64,000 nt of DNA, taken from the NCBI RefSeq assembly GCF_006345805.1, contig NC_042998.1, positions 53,444,001 to 53,508,000 on the forward strand. The letters are read 5' to 3'. The translations under genes were made by a program, and so were the position numbers. Under the pieces are notes generated by a model, which was not told the DNA's origin, ran no database searches, and worked only from the letters and a program-made list of their open reading frames with translations. Of this stretch, positions 42,638-51,989 are shown piece after piece; position 1 is the first letter of the stretch; each line of letters opens with the position of its first letter. The stretch is from Octopus sinensis (taxonomy: Eukaryota).

Positions 42638-45338
42638 CAGTCAATGTATGCCACTAACCCAGAAAGAATATGAGACGTCATGACAATATAGCAAGAATTG
42701 TCCATTGGACACTTTGCAACGAGTATGGACTTGACAGAGCAAAAAGTGGTATGAATATAAACCCAGAAGGCATCATCGAAAATGATAATGCAATGTAGCA
42801 CACCCATCTGACAACAAGCTATGCAATAAGGAAGAAAGAAAAGTCAATAGATATAGCATGTTTGCTTGGGAGGTTAAGCAGTTGTAGTCGATGAAAAAGG
42901 TGGTAGTAGTACCAATAACTGTCTGAGCCCTGGGAGCAGTGAGTAAAAATCTTGAGAAGTACATGGAATAAATATGGACTGCAATAAGGGTGCAGCACTT
43001 GCAGAAAACAGCATTGCTTGAAACTGCTCAAATGCTCCAGATGGTGCTCAAAAAATAAGGGGTGTTACCTTAGTTCACTGGTTGTGAACAGCTGGTATCA
43101 TATTACATCTCCAGCGTTAGAAGCTATACAAGACAATAAATAATATTAATAATAATAATTCTTTCTACCATAGGCACAAGGCCTGAAATTTTGGGGAGGA
43201 GCTAATCAATTAGATCAACCCCAGTACTCAACTGGTACTTATTCTACTGAAAGGATGAAAGGTAAAGTCAACCTTGACGGAATTTGTATTCAGAATGCAG
43301 CGATGGGTGAAATACCATAAGCATTTCCTCCAGCATGCTAATGATAATAATAAAGATAATAATAATAATGTTTCCTTTATTGGCCACAAGGGTCGAACAC
43401 AAAAAAAAACTACATAGGAACAATACAACAGTAGAATGTCATGTAAAAGACACTTGGCAATAAAATTAAACTATAAAATTCCCCAAAAGGGGGAGTTCAT
43501 CCTAGGGACAGCAGGGAACCCCACACATCCTGGAAGAAGAAGAAGAAGAAGAAGAAGAAGAAGAAGAAGAAGAGTGATAATCCTTTCTAATATGGGCACA
43601 AGGCTTGGAATTCGTTGCTTGACTGGTACTTAATTTATTGACTCTGAAAAGATGAGAGGTAAAGATGACCCTGGTGGAATTTGAACTCAAAATTTAACAA
43701 CAGACAAAATGCTGTTCACCATCTTAAATAATAAATAATAATTTCAAATTTTGGCACAAATTTAAGAGGAGTGGGTAAGTTGATTACATTGACCCCAGTA
43801 AACAACTGGTACTTATTTTATTGACCCCAAAAGGATGAAGGACAAAGTCAACCTCATGGGGAATTTAACCTCAGAATGCAAAGACATGAAATGACACTAA
43901 GCATTTTGCCTGGTGTGCTAGCAGGTCTGCCAGCTCACCACCTTAAATAATAACAAGAGAGCACAAACCTCCACCAAGGTAACACCTATGTCCTCTCAAC
44001 GATTAGCCAGAGAAGATTTTTAAAATGAGAATATCTGAAATAAACTCGATTGCTCTCACAAACGAGTATACTAAACATGAACCCACCCGCTTTCAAAAAT
44101 TAAGTAACAAAAAGACAAAAACGCAAAAATGATTCCGAATCCTTGTCTGGTAGCAGATTGATCCAAAAATCTAATCAGTTTATACCAGTCATGAGGCCAA
44201 ACATCTCTGAAAGTTTCATCCGAACCTATCTGGCAGTTCTTGAGATATCTTGTCCACAGACAAACAAACAAACAAACAAGTGCAACTGTAAACAATACCA
44301 CTGCCTTCGCTAAGATAGAGGTAATGAATAATAATGATTCTTTCTACTAAAGGCACAAGGCCTGAAATTTTTGGGGAGGGAACTAGTCATTTACATTGAC
44401 TCCAGTGTTTTGCTGGTACTTAATTTATTGATCCCGAAAGGATGAAAGGCAAAGTTGACCTCAGTGGAATTTGAACTGAGAGCATAGTGAAATTCTGCTA
44501 AGCATTTTGACCCAGTGTGTTAATGATTCTGCCAGCTCAACACCTAATAATAAGTAGTAAAAATAACAACACTAATCCTTTCTCTTATAGGCACATGACC
44601 TGAAATTTTGTGGGAGGGTTCCAGTCAGTTACATCAATTTCCGTGCTTGACTAGTACTTACTTTATTGACCCCCCCCCCCAAAAAAAACCGGAAAATTTG
44701 ACCATGACAGAATTTGAATTAGGAACAAGGCCAACACTTTTGAGGGGAGGTAGTTTGTCATATAAAGTACAACTAGCACTTGACTGATAGTTAATATTTA
44801 TTAGTAACAGGCAAAGCTGACTTTACTGAGCTTTGAACATAAAACATAATGAGCTGGAACAAATACTGTATGACAGTTTTTATTGATACTGTAACAATTC
44901 TTCCACTTCAAATAATAAATAATACTAGGATGATGATGATGATGATGATGATAACGGTGATGATGTTGATGTTGACAGTTATGAAGAGAATGATGAAGTA
45001 GATGGAGAGGTAGAAATTAAATTCTGATCCATGCTGTTTGCACTTGTTGAAGAAATTTCGATACTATGTAAATAAATAACCAAAAATAAAACTGAAAATA
45101 GCTGTTAGTAAAAGAAGCAATGTGAACTGAGAAGAAGGAAATGAAATCTTAAAATGAAAGGGATCTATATTCCATGAAGTCAGATTAGAAATATACCAAT
45201 TTCAAATGATTGAGTAATTGTTCATATGAAGCAATGACTTTCAACATTATTGCTATGTTATTATTATTATTATTATTATCATTATTATTATTATTATTAC
45301 TATTGTCGCCATTATTATTATTGTTGTTATTGTTGTTA

Positions 45339-45393
<55 letters not shown>

Positions 45394-45399
45394 CATTGC

Positions 45400-45438
<39 letters not shown>

Positions 45439-45470
45439 CATCATCTTTATTATTATTATTATCATTATCA

Positions 45471-45519
<49 letters not shown>

Positions 45520-48500
45520 TATTTTTATTATTATTATTATTTTTATTATTATCATTTTTATTATTATTATTATTATTATTGAAGAAAACCCAAAGTATAT
45601 ATAAAATAAAATGCTATTCTTAATCTTCAATTCTCAGGAGGGAAGAGCGTATACGAAAGAAAACTGGAATTTGATCAATATTTTTTTATATTGATTTCTG
45701 CTGTAAAATTTAAATAATGGTAAAATAAATATCAGAAGGAGTACAATATACGATGTAATATGACTGCCAATGAAAGCAATAAATCAGCATACTTTTTTTA
45801 TTATAAACTAAAATCTAAGATTAAGTCAGAAGACATTTCGTGAGAAGGGTTTACTGTGTAATTTTATAAAATGAATCTATTGTTGCTGTTGTTTAACCCT
45901 TGGTGTAAATGGATTGAACAGAACTTTGATTCTGCTCATTGAAATCATAAGCAACCTTTATTTTTTACAGTTGTAATATGTCTAGGCAGGGCCAGCACTA
46001 GGAAGTGCTGGGCCCACTTAGCAAATTGTCTGTGGGGCTCTCTATTCTGCAAAAGCTGAAGATCAATGTTTTATGCCTTATGTACTACACCAATCGCAGC
46101 CAAGAAGCTTTGAGGATTTGAAGCTCTACCATTAGCCACAATGATATACCAAAAATTCTGCATAGCATCCTGTACTCAACCATGGACATGAGGCCCTCTT
46201 TTGACATAGGATCCAATTTGAACGGCCCTTTTTCTAGGAATATATTATCTAAAGTAACTAGCTATTTTTTGTTAAGTATGGTGTGGTTTTATTGAGATCT
46301 GGCTGCTATTTTACACAAGTCTATTGCCCAAGTAGATACCCTTTCATTTGTTCAGTAAATATGTTTTGACAGAAAAGTCTCATTAAAAGCAAAAACTTAC
46401 AAATGCAATCTCTGTAACGGACTAAATCAAAAGTCATTGAAAAGGTTGCAAGTAGCAATGAAAGAGCTTTGACAGACAAAATCAAAACAAATTAAACAAT
46501 CGATTAGTTAGTTGGATATTTAACCAATTGATTAATAATAAAGAAGTGGAACTGAACCAGTGGATGTGTTAATTATGTTGACTCTCCCTAGATACTCACA
46601 AAGAAAACATTAATAAAAAAAGAGAGAAAAACATAAAAGATGTTTTACTTCATAACATTCATAATACCATGTTTTCACTCATTGAAATCTTGGTTAAAAT
46701 CATTTCACATTCATTCTCATGCAAAGGCAAATATTTTGGTAATCTTTTCTTATGGCTTATCTGTCTTTTTTTTTTTTTAGCTACAAACAGATATGCAACA
46801 ATTGAAAATAAATGCCAAGTACTTTCATTTCATTCAGTCATCATGGTCTCTCAGTTATAATTTTCAACTTAATGCAACCAATAGGCACAAGCATGACTAA
46901 TGGTGTTAAGAAGCTTGCTTCCCAGCTTTGGCAAGTATCTTCTGCTATAGTCTCAGGCTGGGCAAAGCCTTGGGAGTAGATTTGGTAGAAAAAAACTGAA
47001 AGAAGCTCAAGTGCCTGTCTGTCTGTCTGTCTATCTATCTATATATATCATCATCATCATCAAAATTTAATGTCTGTTGTCCATTCTGGCATGGGTTGGA
47101 CGGTCTGATCAGAGCAAGCAAGCTGAGGGGCTGCACCAGACACCAGTCTGATTTGGCATGGTTTCTGTAGCTGGATGTCCTTTTTAGTGCAATGGGTGCT
47201 TTTACGTACCTCTGGCATGGATGCCAGTTGCATGACACCAGTATCTGCCATGACTATGATTCCACTTGGCTTGATGGGTCTTCTACTCAAGCATGGCATG
47301 TTGTTAAAGGTCTCAGTCATTTGTCATTACCTCCATGAGACCCAATGCCTTTTATGTGCCACCGGCCTAGGTGCTAGTTGGGAAACACCGGCACAGGTAC
47401 TGGTTATGCAATACTGGCATCGGCCACATTGCCTCCATGAGGCCCAATGCTTAGAAGGTGCTTTTCACATGCCACTGGTATGGGTGCTACTTACACGACA
47501 TCAGCATTGGTCACATTGCTTCGGTGAGGCCCACATAGCATCTGTGAGGCATATATATATACATATATATGTGAGTTTGTGTATACATTTGTCTTGACAT
47601 CATGTGATAGTTTTAAATGAGCGTCACTATCATAGTGATATTATTCATTTCCAGCCTTCTATAAAAAAAAAAAGAACATGTCTGGCTATGAGGGAACATT
47701 ACCTTGTTTGAAAACAGGGAGGGCATCCAACCCTTGAAAATCTGCCTTAATAAATTCCATCTTAATCATGGAAGCATGGAATAATGGACAATAAATGGTG
47801 ATGGTGATGATACTAAAAGGATGTTGTTTGGAATGTAAGAAAGAAACAAGAAAAGAAAATAAGAAGAAACTGTTTCTAGTGTTGACTAATCAGAAATGTT
47901 AAGTCATTCACACTTTTATATCTATCCACTCGCTGAATTTAGAGGGAGAGGTATGTCCAGGATTTTTGCAGTGCTTGAGACCAGTGAGCTTGATGCATTT
48001 CATATTCCATTTAAGCTGTTGTGGGTTTAGACCCGTAGGGATGACATAAGCAGGGATATGATTACAGAAATTAACATCCTAGGAGGTAAGTTTGGTAGTA
48101 GTAGTAGTTAGAGTGGGATTTAGGGCAGGAGGGAGTTAGACACAATAAGGGTGATTGAGAGGTGGAGAGATGATAGAGTCAAGAGAGCCTGAATTGGAAA
48201 GATACAAGATCAAGATAGAATACTTGGTAATATTTGTGCCAAGTCTTTATGTTCTGGATTCCATTCTACTTTTTCTGGGGGAGTCATTAAAAAGTACTAA
48301 CTCAGTTACATGGTTTAACTCTTTAGTATCTGAACTGGCCATAACCAACCCTACTATTCTATGTGCTTTATGCTAAAACTGATTGGATCCAATCCCTTAC
48401 ATCTCTCCTACAATGTCATTCTAAAAATAAACAATCACATCATCAAAATCTTAAAGCTACAAGAAGATGTAGAATTACAGTTCTGTATTTAAGAGATGAG

Positions 48501-50304
48501 GAATTATGTACATGATTTACATTATTTACACTTGAAAGATATTTGTCCTCATCTTGTTTGTTGTTAACACGTTTCGGCTGATATACCCTCAAGCCTTTAT
48601 CAGATGTCTTGGGGAAATTTTGAACCTAGGTTCTCATTCCTAAGGTATTTTCGATATTATTATTATTATTATTATTCAGGTCACTGCCTAGAATCGAACT
48701 CGGAATCTTGGGGTTAGTAGCCCACACTCTTAACCACTATGCCACATGCTCATGGCGTGGTGGTTAAGAGCACGGGCTACTAACTCAAGATTCAGAGTTC
48801 AATTCCAGGCAGTGAATAATAATAATAACATCGAAAAATACCTTAGTAATGAGAACTCAGGTTCGAAATTTCCCCAAGACACCTGATGAAGTCTGGAGGG
48901 TATATCAGCCGAAACATTGTGTGAACAACAAACAAGATGAGGACAAATATCCGTCAAATGTAAATAATGTAGAATTAATTCCAAACAATAAGCAATACAT
49001 TTGACAAAGAAATGTGAATGCTAAAGGTTAACAGCACCACCTGGTACTTGGTTGACTTTTTACAGAGTCCACTCTATTGCTAATATTCATGCTAGATTTC
49101 CAGTTTGAGGGTGCATTCAACCTTCCCTCCCTTCAGTCTCAAAGGCCCTGTGAAAATGTAATGTGTACTGCTTTCCCTTCTGACTAGAAGATGCAATAAA
49201 AGTAAAGCATAAAGCTATTCTATGCTTGTGCTATGTAAATAAAATATTGCATATATATCTTCATAGAGCCTATAAGCTTCTAAAGCTACTGTATGGCTGC
49301 GTGGGAAGAAGTTTTCTTCCCAGTCACATTGTCTCAAGTTCAGTCTCACTAGGTGGAAACTTAGAGAAGTGTCTTATACTATAGGCCAGCCTGACTAAAG
49401 CCCTGTAAGTGAATTTGGTTGATGGAAATTGAAAGAAGCCCATTGTATATTATCGTAAGTGAGAATTGGTTGCAGGAAGGCTATCTGACTGTAGAAAATA
49501 TATCTCTGGCCAACAAGAACGTAAAAATATGGATGTTCAGTTATGATGCTAATGAATATGACAGTGAACAGCACAAATATTATTATACAAAAACAAAGAA
49601 TGGTCATAGATGGAATTCCTTTCGTGATAGATCTGTTCACTAAAACTGATATGGGTGGGGTTTTTTTTTTCTACCGTTTGTTCTTTCTCGAGCCATGCGT
49701 GGCTCATAAGGGTCGGTTTCCCGGTTTCCTTGGCATATAGGTTCCCCACCTGGACGGGATGCCGGTCTGTCACAGGTGAGCTGCAAGATGCAGGAGGAAA
49801 CAGTGAGAGAAAGTTGTGGCAAAAGAGTCAGCAGAAGTTCGCCTTTACTTTCTGCCAGAGCCACGTGGAGCATAGGTGTTTCGCTCATAAACACACACAT
49901 TGCTCAGTCTGAGATTTGAACCCATAATCCCTCGATTGCGAGTCTGCTGCTCTAGCCACTAGGCCATGTGCCTCCACTATATGGGTGGCGTGCTGATCAA
50001 CAACAACAATATGCACATTTCCTTGCCGTATTCATCTAGGAATTAGAAGAAGCTTATAAAATATGCCTATTGTTGGAAATCAAGCAAGATAAAAGCAAAA
50101 AAGAATCACTTTGTCACTTATAAAGATACAAGCTAGCAAGACTGGTAAAAAAAATAAAACATTTAAAAAACAAGTAATAATTAATGGTGCTCACATTCAT
50201 CTGTTTTCATCATTTGCATAAATTTAATTTTAGTTTTCCTTCCAATCACTTATTGAGAAAAACTGATTCAGCTTGCACCTGCGTCATAGGCAGTAATGCT
50301 TCAT
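19206..50304 (-). CDS. Putative multi-exon host gene, product unidentified (span of hand-predicted exons; may extend further 5')
   Basis: About 20 AG...GT-bounded segments on the minus strand, usually open in only one frame and mostly phase-compatible with neighbours, e.g. ...[16 protein letters not shown]|[18 protein letters not shown]|[17 protein letters not shown]... and ...[12 protein letters not shown]|[16 protein letters not shown]...; some junctions lack a linking exon; no homolog recognised. Confidence 0.5.
20135..20168 (-). CDS. Candidate exon (34 nt, [11 protein letters not shown])
   Basis: Acceptor aatacccag; donor T|gtaagt; phase 0 to 1. Confidence 0.35.
20215..20600. repeat. Degenerate (GAT)n tract
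   Basis: Direct; similar at 20880-20980 and 57495-57680 (CCA/CTA). Confidence 0.9.
22184..22382. mobile_element. piggyBac-like MITE
   Basis: ttaa|ccctttcgttac ... gtaacaaaaggg|ttag; diverged relative at about 11305-11490. Confidence 0.75.
22890..23135 (+). mobile_element. RTE-clade LINE RT/thumb relic
   Basis: FCYLGE..GG/..[41 protein letters not shown] with frameshifts. Confidence 0.7.
23990..24064 (-). CDS. Candidate Cys-rich exon (75 nt, [25 protein letters not shown])
   Basis: Acceptor catttgttag; strong donor CAG|gtgagg; only phase 0 is open. Confidence 0.5.
24140..24500. repeat. (CA/CATA)n compound microsatellite
   Basis: Direct; similar tracts at 340-660, 4420-4680, 6455-6640, 7620-7930, 14010-15000, 19400-19860. 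Confidence 0.95.
25092..25512 (-). mobile_element. SINE family B, dimeric form with 18-bp TSD
   Basis: Head AAGGCGGCGAGCTGGCAG, central GCCTTTCATCCTTTCGGGGTCGAT domain duplicated; TSD ttagttgtatatcttttt at 25074-25091 and 25513-25530; other family-B copies at about 10270, 11980, 20630, 27720, 37320, 42060, 43150-44720, 62290, 63098-63550. Confidence 0.88.
26039..26546 (+). mobile_element. Helentron/DINE-1-like non-autonomous rolling-circle element
   Basis: Starts ACTAGCAGTATCGCCCGGCGTTGC, ends GACAGACAC..TTTTATATATATAGAT; GC-rich interior in an AT-rich background. Confidence 0.6.
26654..26686 (-). ncRNA. Minimal hammerhead ribozyme-like motif in a Penelope-type pseudo-LTR fragment (about 26560-26755)
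   Basis: ttt CTGACGA a gagc-tcc-gctc GAAA tgtt aaa (ACGT likely decayed to ATGT). Confidence 0.65.
28847..28892 (-). CDS. Candidate exon (46 nt, [15 protein letters not shown])
   Basis: Acceptor ttacatcag; donor AAA|gtaact; linking exon not found. Confidence 0.4.
29154..29530. repeat. Diverged minisatellite, unit about 49-50 bp, about 7.5 copies
   Basis: Unit consensus approximately aaatatgcaaatttggaaaaatatccccttcattgctatagcaatatgt. Confidence 0.85.
30901..30943 (-). CDS. Candidate exon ([14 protein letters not shown])
   Basis: Donor AAC|gtgagt; acceptor uncertain (30943 is phase-compatible; a further upstream AG is not). Confidence 0.35.
31097..31188 (-). CDS. Candidate exon (92 nt, [30 protein letters not shown])
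   Basis: Strong acceptor ctctccatccttag; donor AT|gtaagt; only phase 0 is open, matching the previous exon. Confidence 0.6.
32139..32291 (-). CDS. Candidate exon (153 nt, [51 protein letters not shown])
   Basis: Acceptor ttgcaactccacag; donor GTC|gtatgc; globular-protein-like composition. Confidence 0.65.
32343..32381 (-). CDS. Candidate exon (39 nt, [13 protein letters not shown])
   Basis: Acceptor gttacag; donor AAG|gttaat; phase 0 to 0; following intron is only 51 nt. Confidence 0.4.
33240..33289 (-). CDS. Candidate exon (50 nt, [16 protein letters not shown])
   Basis: Acceptor after pyrimidine tract (cttataag); donor GAA|gtatgt; one open frame. Confidence 0.5.
33720..34050 (-). mobile_element. 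tRNA/CORE-like SINE family C, representative copy
   Basis: GGCGCATGGCTCAGTGGTTAG head, GTTCTTGAGCAAGACACTTTA core; copies at about 10745, 15415, 16740, 34960, 36240, 59370, 63880. Confidence 0.85.
34381..34451 (-). CDS. Candidate exon (71 nt, [23 protein letters not shown])
   Basis: Acceptor tttctaacctgcag; donor AG|gtacct; only phase 0 is open, matching the previous exon. Confidence 0.55.
35290..35417 (-). CDS. Candidate exon (128 nt, [42 protein letters not shown])
   Basis: Acceptor ttattggccag; donor CAA|gtaaac; lies inside track ORF 35257-35463. Confidence 0.6.
36735..37140 (+). mobile_element. tRNA-derived SINE family A, representative full copy (about 400 bp; more than 25 full or partial copies in the window)
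   Basis: AGGAGTGGCTGTGTGGTAA..GGTTCAGTCCC head, internal (TA/TG)n, tail GAAACAAGTAAAAGAG; other copies e.g. 3447-3861(-), 9880-10245(-), 21635-22030(-), 27235-27655(-), 29735-30150(+), 54150-54540(-), 58515-58915(+). Confidence 0.9.
37176..37245 (-). CDS. Candidate exon (70 nt, [23 protein letters not shown])
   Basis: Acceptor ctcttcacag; donor CAT|gtaatt; phase 2 to 0. Confidence 0.5.
37320..37725 (-). mobile_element. SINE family B multimer
   Basis: Repeated central domains with the same internal junction as 25092-25512. Confidence 0.8.
37803..37864 (-). CDS. Candidate exon (62 nt, [20 protein letters not shown])
   Basis: Acceptor ttttcttatcaacag; weak donor gtgatg; the split TG|G codon gives Trp with the next exon. 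Confidence 0.45.
39112..39154 (-). CDS. Candidate exon (43 nt, [14 protein letters not shown])
   Basis: Acceptor ttagttatag; donor AAT|gtgagt; one open frame; phase 2 to 0. Confidence 0.55.
40170..40218 (-). CDS. Candidate exon (49 nt, [15 protein letters not shown])
   Basis: Donor AG|gtgaac, weak acceptor; phase 1 to 2 bridges 40786 to 39154. Confidence 0.3.
40786..40902 (-). CDS. Candidate exon (117 nt, [38 protein letters not shown])
   Basis: Only one open frame; acceptor aaacag; donor G|gtaaat; phase 1 to 1. Confidence 0.6.
41049..41100 (-). CDS. Candidate exon (52 nt, [17 protein letters not shown])
   Basis: Acceptor gttgtcctag; donor A|gtgagt; phase 0 to 1. Confidence 0.6.
41388..41607. 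mobile_element. piggyBac-like MITE (same family) inserted in a family-A SINE
   Basis: ttaa|ccctttcattac ... gtaatgaaaggg|ttag; interior homologous to 22184-22382. Confidence 0.75.
41913..41962 (-). CDS. Candidate exon (50 nt, [16 protein letters not shown])
   Basis: Acceptor cctttgaatatag; donor AAA|gtaaat; phase 1 to 0, joins the next exon in frame. Confidence 0.55.
42364..42391 (-). CDS. Candidate exon (28 nt, GDGKFLMVS)
   Basis: Strong acceptor gttttcttgcag; donor A|gtaaga; phase 0 to 1; the frame also stays open to 42242, so it could be a longer terminal exon. Confidence 0.35.
42638..43134 (+). mobile_element. Decayed 3' fragment of another R4/Dong-type LINE
   Basis: Translates with stops and frameshifts to [13 protein letters not shown].., [28 protein letters not shown]; flanked on both sides by (AAT)n. 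Confidence 0.8.
43950..44325 (+). mobile_element. Helentron-like non-autonomous element (second family)
   Basis: taacaagag start; AAAGTTTCATCCGAA..CAGACAAACAAACAAAC..GAGGTAAT end typical of such elements (recall). Confidence 0.45.
45987..46230. mobile_element. hAT-type MITE
   Basis: cagggccagc ... cggccct ends; 8-bp TSD tgtctagg / tttctagg. Confidence 0.6.
46401..46421 (-). CDS. Candidate micro-exon (21 nt, SVTEIAF)
   Basis: Acceptor cttttgatttag; donor TTT|gtaagt; phase 0 to 0. Confidence 0.4.
48518..48971. mobile_element. Head-to-head inverted dimer of a tRNA-like head + (TAA)n + hammerhead-ribozyme unit
   Basis: Two arms of about 225 bp inverted around 48746-48751; each has an A-box (TGGCGTGGTGG), a B-box (GAGTTCRATTC), (AAT)n and a CTGATRA..CGAAAC motif. 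Confidence 0.8.
48878..48923 (+). ncRNA. Minimal type I hammerhead ribozyme-like motif (right arm; degenerate copy at 48564-48608 on minus)
   Basis: gacac CTGATGA a gtctg-loop-cagcc GAAA CATT gtgtg; consensus of both arms gives stem II ggctg/cagcc, palindromic ACGT stem III, stem I gacac/gtgtt. Confidence 0.65.
49650..49980 (-). mobile_element. tRNA-derived SINE family D (V-SINE-like), representative copy
   Basis: GGAGGCACATGGCCTAGTGG head, GCGA(C/T)GGAC(C/T)GGC.TCC domain; copies at 9080-9380 and 52450-52725. Confidence 0.8.
50279..50304 (-). CDS. Candidate micro-exon (26 nt, DEALLPMTQ)
   Basis: Pyrimidine-rich acceptor ending ctcattag; donor CAG|gtgcaa; phase 1 to 0. Confidence 0.3.
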
Positions 50305-51575
50305 CTAATGAGAAAAAAAGGAAACATAGGGAAAATAAATAAATAACAAGCATTATTAATGATTTACAAACACCTACTGTTCATATGAAATGCTTCTCAA
50401 ACATAACAGTGTAAAAATTATTTTCCTTTCCTTTGTAAAATGTTCAGAGATGCTTAATTAAGTAACTGGAAGTAAAATTAAAATGCCAACACAATACCAT
50501 CTCAGAGATATGTCGATGAAGAAATTAATAGGGCAGATCCCAGGTGGATATGTTAACACTGTTCACTAAGCACAAATTATGTTATAGTGGTTTTCTTTAA
50601 CTAGTTTGAATCTCATTATTTTTTAGTTGACCCTCAGTGAATTTTCTCAGTATGACAGAAGTGTGAAATATACTCACTCTGTAAAATTTGATCTTGAAGT
50701 TTTTAAATTTAGATCTAATAAATACCTTACCACATGCTGGTAGTTTCCCTCATTTTAGCATTTTTATAGGTTCTGTTTTTTTAAATTTTATTTTATGTTA
50801 TTTTAATAGGTTCTTTTCATATTATTTTAAACCTATTTTATTAGCTCCTTCATTGTCATCTCATTTATTGTGATTTATTGCCCTCAATTAAATTTTTTTC
50901 ATGTTTTATTGCAATCCATTATTTGCTTTCCTAAATGTGCATGTTTAAAGAGTATATATAGAGTTTTTCTCTCTTTTACTTGGCTTGTGTGCCCTATTTA
51001 GAATAATTTCAAATAAAGTGATGAATGATCAATTTAAAACATCCTCTTCTACAACAAACACTAATAATCTCTGGCCACAGACAACTCTGGTGAAAGAAAA
51101 AAAGCTTTCTCCTTGATATTTACAATGTTTTCGGTAGTATTTAGCATGCGAAATACCTGGCACAACTAAGTCTTTCTTGACCATTCTGCATCAGAAGCTT
51201 CTTGCTATGTTCTGTCAAAATATATATCAGTGTCGTATGTAGACTCTCAAGATGCAACAACTGAAGGTTTTATTCAGTTCTAAGAACAAGCTGACTTGAG
51301 TTAGTTAAAAAATTTATAGGTGCAGGTGTGGCTGTGTGGTAAAAAACTTGCTTCCCCAACCACATGGTCCCGGGTTCAGTCCTACTGCATGGTATCTTGG
51401 GCAAGTCTCTTCTACTATAGCCTTGGGCCAACCAAAGCCTTGTCAGTGGATTTGGTAAATGGAAACTGAAAGAAGCTCCTCATATATATATATATAATAA
51501 AATATTAGGGAAATAATCCAAATTTACAGGGAAAAATCAGATTTAGGATTGAATCCAATTTTATAGTAAAATATT

Positions 51576-51989
51576 ATATTATATTAAATTAGAGATAAAA
51601 CCACTATTAGGCAAATCATACAATGAAAAACTCAAGCCAATACATAAGATTAATTAATTTATATTATTTTAAATATATATCAAAATTATTAAAAAGAGAT
51701 AATTAGTATAACACTACGATCGTTTCATGGCTGTCCAATTCTTAAAATTTCAGGTTACAGTCATTCTTCAGGTGATTTAAATATTTAACTTAGCAAGGTT
51801 TAATCAATGAACTGAAATTTTAAGAATTGGACAGCCATGAAACGATCGTAGTGTTATACTAATTATCTTTTTTTAATAATTTTGATATATATTTAAAATA
51901 ATATAAATTAATTAATCTTATGTATTGGCTTGAGTTTTTCATTGTATGATTTGCCTAATAGTGGTTTTATCTCTAATTTAATATAATAT
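51576..51989. repeat. Near-perfect long inverted repeat (178-bp arms, 58-bp spacer), Penelope-like pseudo-LTR inversion
   Basis: 51576-51753 is the reverse complement of 51812-51989 with about 1 mismatch seen; fragment of the same family at about 17545-17600. Confidence 0.9.
51712..51774 (-). ncRNA. Type I hammerhead ribozyme-like motif with intact core
   Basis: cac CTGAAGA atgactgt-loop-acagccat GAAA C GATC G TA gtg: full core, stem II, 1-bp stem III capped by palindromic GAUC, GUA cleavage triplet, stem I cac/gtg. Confidence 0.7.

Noticed and set aside
47880-48330. Possible CR1/L2 RT relic on minus ([17 protein letters not shown])
   Set aside because: Too degenerate to call by eye.
46778-50547. 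Plus-strand exon-like snippets ([12 protein letters not shown] at about 46780, RYVDEEINRADP at about 50510; also about 12313, 19090, 34420)
   Set aside because: Isolated, not chainable in phase, and some are shadows of minus-strand exons; they show the chance background for manual exon calls.
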